A program made the position numbers and the translations under genes. A DNA stretch of 56,824 nucleotides from Paenibacillaceae bacterium. Its GTDB lineage: Bacteria; Bacillota; Bacilli; Paenibacillales; UBA4045. Positions 37,114 to 45,487 of this stretch are shown here, piece after piece (position 1 is the stretch's first letter; every line of letters begins with the position of its first letter). The DNA is taken from NCBI GenBank assembly GCA_040904605.1, contig JBBDTA010000014.1:1-56824 (forward strand). Direction: 5' to 3'. Under the pieces are notes generated by a model, which saw only the letters and a list, made by a program, of their open reading frames with translations, had not been told where the DNA came from and did not search any database.

Positions 37114-37762
37114 TACGTAATCCCATTACCTTTCGTATATAATTCTGGGTTTCCTGTGGCAGTTCATCATACTTGTCCTGTAATTGCGCATCATTACTTA
37201 TTCCTAACCTGTCGATCCGTCCTGGACCAGCATTATATGCTGCAAGGGCCACACGCTCATGACCATTATATTTCTGTAATAGGTAAGCAAGAAATTTAGT
37301 TCCGCCATTAATGTTATCTTGTGGATCATATGAATTCTTCACCCCAAGTGAAGCTGCTGTAGCATCCATCAGCTGCATTAATCCTTTCGCACCTGATTCA
37401 GAAACGGCGTCAGACTTATAACCAGATTCGGTCTGTATAACAGCTCGGATTAGGTTTGGGTCCACGCCATATTGGGTTGACGATTGCTCAATGAGCTGAT
37501 CATAATCTGTAACATTCAATATAGAATAGCTGCCTGAGAGCTTGGAGTTGAATAGATATTGACTCTTCTCTGATGTAAGTTCACTTGAAGACATTAAGCC
37601 TTCGCTTAATCCATTACTCTGAATTAATGATTCTAACAATGCCAGAAACTCACTTTCACTCGTACCATCCACAGAGGTAGAGGAACGTTCCGGGAACAAA
37701 CCGACGCTGTCCATGAAACGAAGTTTTAGTAGTTCCTCGAGCTGTTTTGGATGAATATTCAT
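37106..37762 (-). CDS. Lytic transglycosylase (SLT domain; CwlQ/YjbJ-like)
   Basis: IQTESG (catalytic Glu), GAKGLMQLM, ALAAYNAG and ETQNY motifs. Confidence 0.9.
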   Translation of the reverse strand: MNIHPKQLEELLKLRFMDSVGLFPERSSTSVDGTSESEFLALLESLIQSNGLSEGLMSSSELTSEKSQYLFNSKLSGSYSILNVTDYDQLIEQSSTQYGVDPNLIRAVIQTESGYKSDAVSESGAKGLMQLMDATAASLGVKNSYDPQDNINGGTKFLAYLLQKYNGHERVALAAYNAGPGRIDRLGISNDAQLQDKYDELPQETQNYIRKVMGLRND

Positions 37763-37897
37763 ACCTTCTTATCCTCCCCAAATACCAATCCCTGATCAGC
37801 TTATCTGTATTTATTCTACAACTTATTCATAAGCATGAATAGTATGGATTGAAAAGCGAGTGGAAACGAGGATTCACTAAGTATAGGAAAACACGAA

Positions 37898-37940
37898 GAG
37901 GCTGTCCATAAGCCCACATTCGGCAGTTCGACAGCCCCTC
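37898..37940 (-). terminator. Hairpin after the small membrane protein gene
   Basis: GAGGCTGTC...GACAGCCCC imperfect inverted repeat. Confidence 0.4.
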
Positions 37941-37950
37941 AAGGTATAAT

Positions 37951-38346
37951 CTACAGAATAGCATTACCAATATTGAAGAAGAATGCGATTAAACCTATAA
38001 TAATTGCCACAGAGCCCATGCCCTTTCGACCCTGCATGAACGCGATCAGTCCGATAATCACTGCTGCTGGAGCTAATAATGTTGGCCAGATAAACCATGC
38101 TGCAATAGACAATATTAATGCTGTTAGCCCCCATGCCCTACCTTTATCAACTTCCTTAGTTGAATCAATACGATTCTGTGGTTGATCTTGAAATCGACTT
38201 ACTTTACCGTCAGCAACCTCGGCAGCAAATTCCTCATCGCTGCGCGAATAAAACTTTGGTGCCTCGTTATCAGCAGAGAATGCGTTCGTCTCTATATCGT
38301 TCTTCCCTTTGATATCTTTTGTTCGTCTTTTGTTGCTCATACTCAT
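37951..38346 (-). CDS. Small membrane protein (DUF4190-like)
   Basis: EEFAAEV motif then three TM helices; GAGGAGG RBS. Confidence 0.7.
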   Translation of the reverse strand: MSMSNKRRTKDIKGKNDIETNAFSADNEAPKFYSRSDEEFAAEVADGKVSRFQDQPQNRIDSTKEVDKGRAWGLTALILSIAAWFIWPTLLAPAAVIIGLIAFMQGRKGMGSVAIIIGLIAFFFNIGNAIL

Positions 38347-38374
38347 CCCTCCTCAATAAAGTGCGAGCAGCTTC

Positions 38375-38587
38375 TTAAGCTTGTTTGACCTTGAATGTGT
38401 GGCAACATGTATTGGAAGAACGATTTGCATGACTCTGGTGCTCGGTATCAAACCCTTCACCTGCAAATTCTGCATTGAATTTCCTAGTTGCATGTGAGTC
38501 AATATCGATCATAATCATGTCTGCTCCGCATTTGTTGTCAGTTTTCCAATATTCGCAGTTTGCTACACTGCAAGTTACATTCGGCAT
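38375..38587 (-). CDS. DUF1540-family small Cys-rich protein
   Basis: V.CSVANC.YW...C.A.....TCCHTF. ATG 38587 after GGGGGTGA. Confidence 0.85.
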   Translation of the reverse strand: MPNVTCSVANCEYWKTDNKCGADMIMIDIDSHATRKFNAEFAGEGFDTEHQSHANRSSNTCCHTFKVKQA

Positions 38588-38605
38588 TCGTATCACCCCC
38601 TTAAC

Positions 38606-38634
38606 AAGTTTCCCTTAACGGGGGTGACTTATAC
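38606..38634 (-). promoter_or_regulatory. SigF-like promoter for the DUF1540 gene
   Basis: Minus strand GTATA-N15-GGGAAACTT fits GywTA-N15-GgnrAnAnTw. Confidence 0.55.
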
Positions 38635-38638
38635 ATGC

Positions 38639-38670
38639 AAACAAGGAGCCCCAGTCAAACAGGCTCCTTG
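38639..38670 (-). terminator. Hairpin/weak terminator after the YpuI-like gene
   Basis: CAAGGAGCC...GGCTCCTTG 9-bp perfect inverted repeat, short U-tail on the minus strand. Confidence 0.6.
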
Positions 38671-38694
38671 ATAATCTTCTCAGCTATTATTGGG

Positions 38695-39195
38695 TTAAAC
38701 CTTTTCACCTTGAAGTCTGCGTTGATTCACATAATCGTTCTCATAATAAGTTAAATTTTCACGAAGCTGCTCATAAATTTTGGATATCTCAAGTGTAATA
38801 TCTCGAACAGCACGTACAGGTTTCTTCCTGAATCTAATCGCATCCTGCCCTGTATAGGCATAACGCCCTTCTTCAGAATAGCATTCATTCTTAGGATAAT
38901 AAAAACGATTGATGCTTTGATGATACACATCATATAACACTTTCTCAGCACTCTCTACATTAAATACAGGTCTACGAATATTGGCACCTAGCTTCTCATA
39001 ATACACTTCCGAGAATACAAGTAAGTGCCTCAAATCTGTCAAGAAGCCTTTGTAAAATTCGATCATTGCTGCATCCTGGTCACTGTAGAGACTAGAAAGA
39101 GAATGATTGTTCAGAAAACCTTCAAGAAGCTCAATTGCATTCTTTAACTGGATTTTTGTTGATTCACATAAGAGTTTAGTTTGATCCGCTAGCAT
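38695..39195 (-). CDS. YpuI-like (DUF3907) protein
   Basis: LRHLLVF, AEKVLY.VYH, FYYPK and AYTGQDAIRF. Start ATG 39195 after GGAGG. Confidence 0.8.
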   Translation of the reverse strand: MLADQTKLLCESTKIQLKNAIELLEGFLNNHSLSSLYSDQDAAMIEFYKGFLTDLRHLLVFSEVYYEKLGANIRRPVFNVESAEKVLYDVYHQSINRFYYPKNECYSEEGRYAYTGQDAIRFRKKPVRAVRDITLEISKIYEQLRENLTYYENDYVNQRRLQGEKV

Positions 39196-39362
39196 GATGA
39201 TGTTACCTCCTGGAATAATCATTAGAACTTTCTTCACTCATATCCTAACACAAAAAAATCACAAAATATACAATAAGAACTTCATCAATCCTGATGCATA
39301 TTTCGTTCTATTCCTTCCAACGCTATGAGTAGGAAATCATTCCTCGAAAAGGAGCTCATGCG

Positions 39363-41195
39363 ATGCTATACAGAACACCCAGATGGATATTTGCCCTGTT
39401 CCTTCTTATCGGAATCGGATACTTCATTATTCCGACTCAGAAGCAGCACGAAGACTTAGTCAAGGAGGCTCCACGTTATGAAGCTGCGCAGAAGCAGATC
39501 TTAATCGATCAAGATATTACCATGACCAATGAATTATGCAGAATTCAATGTAAAACCGACTTCAGTCGGATACTGCCGGAGCTGCAACACACACCAAAGC
39601 TTCAAATTAATGAAAAGCTGCAGCAATTGAGAATAGAACATCCCCATATGCTTGCTGTATCATGGACACGCCCTAACATCCAACAGGCTATTAGCTCAGG
39701 CAGCTATGCTTCGGATATAAGAAAGAAGCTAGACCCCTTCCAAGCCAAGGCTAAACAATCTCTTCAGGATGGAGAAGAGTATCATTCTCCTAGTATACAG
39801 GTCGGTCAAGATCATTATATGCTATTAGCAGTACCTTCCTCAGAGGGAGGCGGCCTAACGGGTGTTATCAAGCAATCAATTCTAAATCAAGTCCATGACC
39901 AACAGAAGAAAAATTTACGTTTAGTACCTTACCCATCCGAAGGAAATTATCAAGTGGAATCCGTTGACTCCGATACACACCGAGATGTCCGAGTGAATAA
40001 CGGTGAAGAGAATGGCGGAGTTAGTCACTACCATAAAGAACAGGTTGTTGTTAAATTCCAAGCTACACCTGTTCGAGCTGAGATGGCCAAGATCAAACAA
40101 GCTATTCACGCAACTTCCATACTTAAATTAGGATATACGTATGTATTCGAATCCAATAAACTAACCGCCGAACAGATGATGGCATATTTCAAGAATAGTG
40201 ATCACGTCGAATATGTGGAGCCCCACTACTACTACATGACCAACGACGAGCCTATCCCTAATGATGATTTATTCGCTCCTCATCAATGGAATCTGCCTAT
40301 CACACAAACCATTGAAGGCTGGGGGATTTCCAAAGGCAACGATAATATCATCATTGCCGTATTAGATACTGGTGCTGATCTAGATCACCCAGACTTACAA
40401 GGGCGACTAGTGGAAGGTCTGAATATCATCCGACCAGAGCAAGCGCCAACTGATGATGTCGGGCACGGCACTCACGTCACAGGAGTGATCTCCGCAACTG
40501 TGAACAATCTTGAAGGTGTTGCAGGTATGACCTGGTACGATAAAGTTATGCCGATTAAGGTATTAGATGAATCCGGAGCTGGAACTACTTATTCCGTCGC
40601 TCAAGGTATTATCTGGGCGACGGATCATGGTGCGAAAATTATTAATATGAGCTTAGGTAATTATGCTCAAGCTGAATTTCTGCACGATGCTGTCCGATAT
40701 GCTTTCGACCGTGATGTCGTGTTAATTGCAGCAAGCGGCAATGATAATACAGATCAACCTGGATATCCAGCTGCATATCCCGAAGTATTCGCCGTTGCTG
40801 CAACGGACAATCTTAAAGAGCGAGCACCTTTCTCCAATTATGGAGATTATATTGATGTTGCTGCTCCAGGTGTAAGTATCGCCAGCACCTATCCAGATAA
40901 TCAGTACGCAGCATTATCGGGGACATCCATGGCAAGCCCCCATGTTGCTGCATTAGCCGCATTAATACGCTCCGTTAACCCTCTATTGAAGAATACGGAG
41001 GTCATGAATATTATGCGTGATACAGCTGTTGACTTAGGAGAACGTGGGAAGGATACACAATTCGGATATGGACAGATCAACGTCCAACAAGCATTAATCC
41101 AAGCAAACAATACCAAGAATTCCGTTCGATTATTCCCGGAATGGGTCAAGCGAGAAATTGAACAAATTCGTTCAAAGTATACCGCATCCCTCTAA
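39363..41195 (+). CDS. S8 subtilisin-like serine protease with long N-terminal extension
   Basis: Catalytic triad VLDTG / HGTHV / GTSMASPH, oxyanion SGN, N-terminal TM helix. Confidence 0.93.
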   Translation: MLYRTPRWIFALFLLIGIGYFIIPTQKQHEDLVKEAPRYEAAQKQILIDQDITMTNELCRIQCKTDFSRILPELQHTPKLQINEKLQQLRIEHPHMLAVSWTRPNIQQAISSGSYASDIRKKLDPFQAKAKQSLQDGEEYHSPSIQVGQDHYMLLAVPSSEGGGLTGVIKQSILNQVHDQQKKNLRLVPYPSEGNYQVESVDSDTHRDVRVNNGEENGGVSHYHKEQVVVKFQATPVRAEMAKIKQAIHATSILKLGYTYVFESNKLTAEQMMAYFKNSDHVEYVEPHYYYMTNDEPIPNDDLFAPHQWNLPITQTIEGWGISKGNDNIIIAVLDTGADLDHPDLQGRLVEGLNIIRPEQAPTDDVGHGTHVTGVISATVNNLEGVAGMTWYDKVMPIKVLDESGAGTTYSVAQGIIWATDHGAKIINMSLGNYAQAEFLHDAVRYAFDRDVVLIAASGNDNTDQPGYPAAYPEVFAVAATDNLKERAPFSNYGDYIDVAAPGVSIASTYPDNQYAALSGTSMASPHVAALAALIRSVNPLLKNTEVMNIMRDTAVDLGERGKDTQFGYGQINVQQALIQANNTKNSVRLFPEWVKREIEQIRSKYTASL

Positions 41196-41242
41196 ATCAC
41201 AAAAAAACAACCTAGTTCTGGAACTATCCATCCCGATGTAAT

Positions 41243-41292
41243 AAAAAGGTGCATCCATCAAGGCTGATTACCAGCTTAGTGAATGCACCTTC
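41243..41292. terminator. Hairpin between the convergent S8 protease gene and rnpB
   Basis: AAAAAGGTGCAT...ATGCACCTT inverted repeat. Confidence 0.55.
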
Positions 41293-41312
41293 TAATTGAT
41301 ATGTAGGAATAG

Positions 41313-41758
41313 AAAAGCTTGTCGTAAGCCGGGTTCTGTACTCTCAAGTGGTTATAACGGGGGTTAGCCCTCCCACGGCGAAAGTGACAATCATCTATCT
41401 AGGCCACGCATTGCTACGTGGCTCCAGCGACCAACCCGAACGCGCCTCGAGCTAAGGCTGTGCCTTTAAGCACTGCGTTCCTCCTAGGTCTTGCTCCAGA
41501 TGGGGTTTACCAGGACGTAAGTCGCCAAACATCCTCGTGGTCTCTTACACCACGGTTCCACCCTTGCCTGTTCGTATATCTGGAAACCAGACATACGCCA
41601 TCGGCGGTCCATTTCTGTGGCACTAATCCTTCAACTCGCGCTGACTGGACGTTATCCAGCATCCTGCTCTATGGAGCCCGGACTTTCCTCCCGTATTCGA
41701 ATGAGAATGGCACATGCACATTAACATTCGAACGCCGGCGATTGTCTGACAAGCTTCC
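41313..41758 (-). ncRNA. rnpB: RNase P RNA (type A-like)
   Basis: Minus strand has GAGGAAAGTCCGGGCTC, AGTGCCACAGAAA, GGTAAACCCC and ACAGAACCCGGCTTA. P1 helix AAGCTTGTC/GACAAGCTT closes the ends. Confidence 0.96.
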
Positions 41759-41772
41759 CTATATCATTCATT

Positions 41773-41801
41773 ATTATAACAAGGAGTGTGTTCCACCACA
41801 A
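41773..41801 (-). promoter_or_regulatory. SigA extended -10 promoter for rnpB
   Basis: Minus strand TTGTGG-N17-TATAAT with a TGn motif. Confidence 0.55.
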
Positions 41802-41820
41802 CACACAGTTTCTGCTATCT

Positions 41821-42615
41821 TCACATAAACTGAAAAGGCTCTGTGTTTAATTCAGATGGACTAACCTTCGTGACGTACCTTCCCTTCCGAAGCTTCTCCT
41901 GCAAGATATTAGCGACAGCAGGCTTCAGCAGCTTCTCAATGTTATGGCCTGCATCAATGATGTTCATGCCAGCAGCTAACGCATCGTGAGCTGTGTGGTA
42001 ATCGATATCTCCCGTGATCAACACATCAGCTCCAGCGAATATTGCAGCTTTCACATAATCACGACCTGAACCTCCAAGAACAGCGACCTTCCTGATCATA
42101 CGATTTGGGTCACCAACGAAACGAACTGCGGGAATATCATAAGCTATCTTCACTGTGTTAATGAATTCAGATAACAATTGGTGCTTAGGTAACTTGCCGA
42201 CTCGACCAATTCCCTGATCCGGCCGAACCTCTTGGAGAAAGCTCAGATGCTCAAGGCCAAGCATGTTGGCCAGAATATCATTAACACCACCTGTAGCTAC
42301 ATCAAGATTCGTATGAGCAATATATACAGCAATATCATTCTTGATCAATGATTCATAAAGCTTGCCAGCTGGAAGATCCATTCGCAAATGTTTGATGGGA
42401 CGGTATAAGATAGCATGATGAGCGATAATTAGTTCAGCTTGCATGTCAATTGCCTCGGATACAACGTCTGGAGTCACATCGAGTGCGATAAGTACCTGAG
42501 ACACTGGCTTGTTCAGAACCCCTAGCTGTAGACCAATGGGATCATCAACGAACGCATATTGCTTCGGAGCCAATTGCTCCATGAATTGTACGATGGTCTG
42601 GCCATTCGCGATCAT
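41821..42615 (-). CDS. Nif3-like (DUF34/YqfO) dinuclear metal protein, short form
   Basis: D.IGLQLG, IIAHH, AHTNLD, TGDI.YH and DAGH motifs. Confidence 0.92.
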   Translation of the reverse strand: MIANGQTIVQFMEQLAPKQYAFVDDPIGLQLGVLNKPVSQVLIALDVTPDVVSEAIDMQAELIIAHHAILYRPIKHLRMDLPAGKLYESLIKNDIAVYIAHTNLDVATGGVNDILANMLGLEHLSFLQEVRPDQGIGRVGKLPKHQLLSEFINTVKIAYDIPAVRFVGDPNRMIRKVAVLGGSGRDYVKAAIFAGADVLITGDIDYHTAHDALAAGMNIIDAGHNIEKLLKPAVANILQEKLRKGRYVTKVSPSELNTEPFQFM

Positions 42616-42629
42616 TCTAACATCACTCC

Positions 42630-43406
42630 TTATTTAGCCCAACCATTAGAGGCTCTCCTAATCGATTCGATCTCAGCTTCAAGATGTATCCTCTTGTCTA
42701 AAGACACTGGATGTTCTGACTTGCCTAAATGATTAATAATCCATTCCCGCTTACTGATCTCTTGAAGCCATTTATTCTTGAATGTTACGTTAGATTCGCG
42801 AACAAGATAGGGTCCCATCAACATCTGCAAATAACGATCCACTTCAAATCCATCCTCTAGAACAATTGGACTATATAATTCGGCTAGACTTCTTATTAGC
42901 TCGTCAGTGTCAGCTGGAACTGCGATAAGTATTTCATACGTTAGACCATCTTCAACAAGAATGTACTCATCCTGAAGAAACCAATTGTTGTGAACGAACC
43001 ACTCTCTTAAGGCATACTCCCCCACATTGGGCTGCATAATAAGTCGTTTAACTCCAGCAAGACAATCAAGTCCTTGATCAAGAATACTGACCATTGTAGA
43101 ACCACCCATACCCGCAATGACAATCGTATCCACTTCATTAGCATGTAAAACAGATAACCCGTCACCATGACGTACCGATATGATGTGCCCGAGATCTGCT
43201 TGTTGGACTTGTTTGCTAGCGGCTAGGAAGGGTCCTTCATTCAGTTCACCTGCAATCGCACTTTCTATAATACCTTGTTGTGCCAGATATACTGGCAGTA
43301 GCGCATGATCGGAACCTATATCCGCCATTCGGCTACTCTGAGGAACTTGATCAGCAATCATTTTTAATCTTAGAGATAATTTAACTGATGTATAATTCTC
43401 TTTCAT
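42630..43406 (-). CDS. trmK: tRNA (adenine22-N1)-methyltransferase
   Basis: LSLRL, ADIGSDHALLP, GDGL, IAGMGG and QPN motifs. ATG 43406 overlaps the upstream TGA (TGATG). Confidence 0.92.
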   Translation of the reverse strand: MKENYTSVKLSLRLKMIADQVPQSSRMADIGSDHALLPVYLAQQGIIESAIAGELNEGPFLAASKQVQQADLGHIISVRHGDGLSVLHANEVDTIVIAGMGGSTMVSILDQGLDCLAGVKRLIMQPNVGEYALREWFVHNNWFLQDEYILVEDGLTYEILIAVPADTDELIRSLAELYSPIVLEDGFEVDRYLQMLMGPYLVRESNVTFKNKWLQEISKREWIINHLGKSEHPVSLDKRIHLEAEIESIRRASNGWAK

Positions 43407-44239
43407 CAACCTGTTACCCACTCTTTCATTTTGCGTTTTCTTTGTACAAGCCATACGATTATGGCCAGGCTCAATGTTTTGCAGACGATTCCAGTAATTA
43501 GAATGAGATGAGAGATGTCTGAGAATAATAACCCATAGATTTCTGGAATTAAGAAGAATAGACTAGAGATAATAATTAACAGCCATCCGGTCATACGATT
43601 AGTTACCAGCTGATTTCTGCCAAGCATGAATAGAGCAATGAATACAGGAGTAGCGTATAGTTGAAGAACATACCATTTCGGTTCGGGATGAATCCATTGA
43701 ATCAACCAAGTATAAGCCATGATCATACATACCCAACCGCAGAAATGCAATAATCCAATACGTGCAAAGATACCAATAAGAATCCACAGTGCCCCACTGA
43801 AAGCGATAGTACCTATAACCATTGTCGCACTATTCCATTCATTAATACGCAAGATTAGCTCACCCATGAACAATAAAAACATAGATGCTATACCTATACA
43901 CATGTAAGCAAATGTCGGTTTCCTCTGACGTTCTGCAATACCTATGCTATATAGTATTCCAATCACTGAAAGTGAAAGACCGATTTGCATCGCTGGATGA
44001 AAAGAGGTAAAATACAGGGAACAAACCAAAAACAAGGAGATTAAGCAAAAGATAAGGAATGAATTCCTGTATGCCCGTCGACTGCCTGTTGTGGAAGAGT
44101 TGCGTCCCTTACGCTTCGCGTCTTCTTGCTCATCAATATATAAATTCATTAAAAAATCACAATAGTGCTCTGGAAGTATCTTACTGCTGCGCCAGCGTTC
44201 AATTTCACTTAAGATGGTTTGTCGCTTAACAGGATCCAA
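43406..44239 (-). CDS. Hypothetical polytopic membrane protein (DUF2157-like N-terminus)
   Basis: EIERWR..KILPEHYCDFL.NLY followed by about seven TM helices. Confidence 0.75.
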   Translation of the reverse strand: MDPVKRQTILSEIERWRSSKILPEHYCDFLMNLYIDEQEDAKRKGRNSSTTGSRRAYRNSFLIFCLISLFLVCSLYFTSFHPAMQIGLSLSVIGILYSIGIAERQRKPTFAYMCIGIASMFLLFMGELILRINEWNSATMVIGTIAFSGALWILIGIFARIGLLHFCGWVCMIMAYTWLIQWIHPEPKWYVLQLYATPVFIALFMLGRNQLVTNRMTGWLLIIISSLFFLIPEIYGLLFSDISHLILITGIVCKTLSLAIIVWLVQRKRKMKEWVTG

Positions 44240-44260
44240 TCATTCCTCACTCCTAACCAG

Positions 44261-44291
44261 AAAATGACCTACCTGCGAGCAGAAAGGTCAT
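44261..44291 (-). terminator. Terminator after sigA
   Basis: ATGACCT...AGGTCAT stem with a U-tail on the minus strand. Confidence 0.6.
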
Positions 44292-44312
44292 CCTAAGTAT
44301 AAACGAACTATT

Positions 44313-45437
44313 TTACTCCAAAAAGTCCTTCAAGCGTTTGCTACGGCTTGGATGACGAAGCTTACGAAGAGCTTTGGCTTCTATCTGACGAATACGTTCA
44401 CGAGTAACACCGAATACTTTACCTACTTCTTCAAGTGTTCGTGTCCTGCCATCATCTAAACCAAAACGTAATCGAAGAACATTCTCTTCTCGTTCGGTTA
44501 ATGTATCCAGCACATCCTCGAGCTGTTCCTTTAGCAATTCATAAGCCGCGGCATCTGCAGGAGCTAGTGCATCCTGATCCTCAATGAAATCACCAAGATG
44601 TGAATCATCTTCTTCGCCTATTGGTGTTTCTAACGATACAGGCTCTTGGGCAATCTTCATAATCTCTCGCACTTTCTCCGTGCTAAGCTCCATCTCTTGA
44701 GCTATCTCTTCTGGAGTTGGTTCACGACCTAGTTCTTGCAAAAGTTGACGCGAAACACGAATGAGCTTGTTAATCGTCTCAACCATATGAACAGGAATAC
44801 GAATGGTTCTGGCTTGATCCGCTATAGCACGTGTAATGGCCTGACGAATCCACCAGGTAGCATACGTACTGAATTTATAACCTTTGGTATGATCAAATTT
44901 CTCTACCGCTTTAATCAATCCCATATTACCCTCTTGGATTAAATCCAAGAAAAGCATGCCGCGTCCAACATAACGTTTGGCGATACTAACAACAAGTCGG
45001 AGGTTGGCTTCGGCTAATCTGCGTTTAGCCTCTTCATCCCCATCCTCAATTCGCTTCGCCAGTTGAATTTCTTCTTCAGCTGACAGCAAGGGAACTCGGC
45101 CAATTTCCTTCAAGTACATTCTAACCGGATCGTTAATCTTAATTCCTGGTGGAAGTGAAATATCGTCTTCGAATGTGAATTCGTCACGCTCTCTCGGCTG
45201 TCCATCTGGATCGAGAGAGTTCTCTTCTTCATTCTCATTATTCACTTCAATTCCCTGATCAGCTAACAACTCAAAAAAATCATCCATCTGTTCAGGATCT
45301 TGGTCGAATGGACTTAATCGTTCGATGATGTCTTTGTAAGTGAGTGAGGAACGCTTCTTACCTAGCTCGATTAGCTGATCCTTCACTTGTTCCAATGTTA
45401 ACTCAGTTTCTAATTCAGTATGCTGTTCGTTTGCCAT
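44313..45437 (-). CDS. sigA: Primary RNA polymerase sigma factor SigA/RpoD
   Basis: [31 protein letters not shown] and [20 protein letters not shown] 45437 after GGAGGAGG. Confidence 0.98.
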   Translation of the reverse strand: MANEQHTELETELTLEQVKDQLIELGKKRSSLTYKDIIERLSPFDQDPEQMDDFFELLADQGIEVNNENEEENSLDPDGQPRERDEFTFEDDISLPPGIKINDPVRMYLKEIGRVPLLSAEEEIQLAKRIEDGDEEAKRRLAEANLRLVVSIAKRYVGRGMLFLDLIQEGNMGLIKAVEKFDHTKGYKFSTYATWWIRQAITRAIADQARTIRIPVHMVETINKLIRVSRQLLQELGREPTPEEIAQEMELSTEKVREIMKIAQEPVSLETPIGEEDDSHLGDFIEDQDALAPADAAAYELLKEQLEDVLDTLTEREENVLRLRFGLDDGRTRTLEEVGKVFGVTRERIRQIEAKALRKLRHPSRSKRLKDFLE

Positions 45438-45487
45438 TATTCCAACTCCCTCCTCCCTGGTCGCCATCTTAACGCCAATTGCTCACG

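Noticed and set aside
41418..41828. 136-aa plus-strand ORF
   Set aside because: Antisense to the RNase P RNA; spurious.
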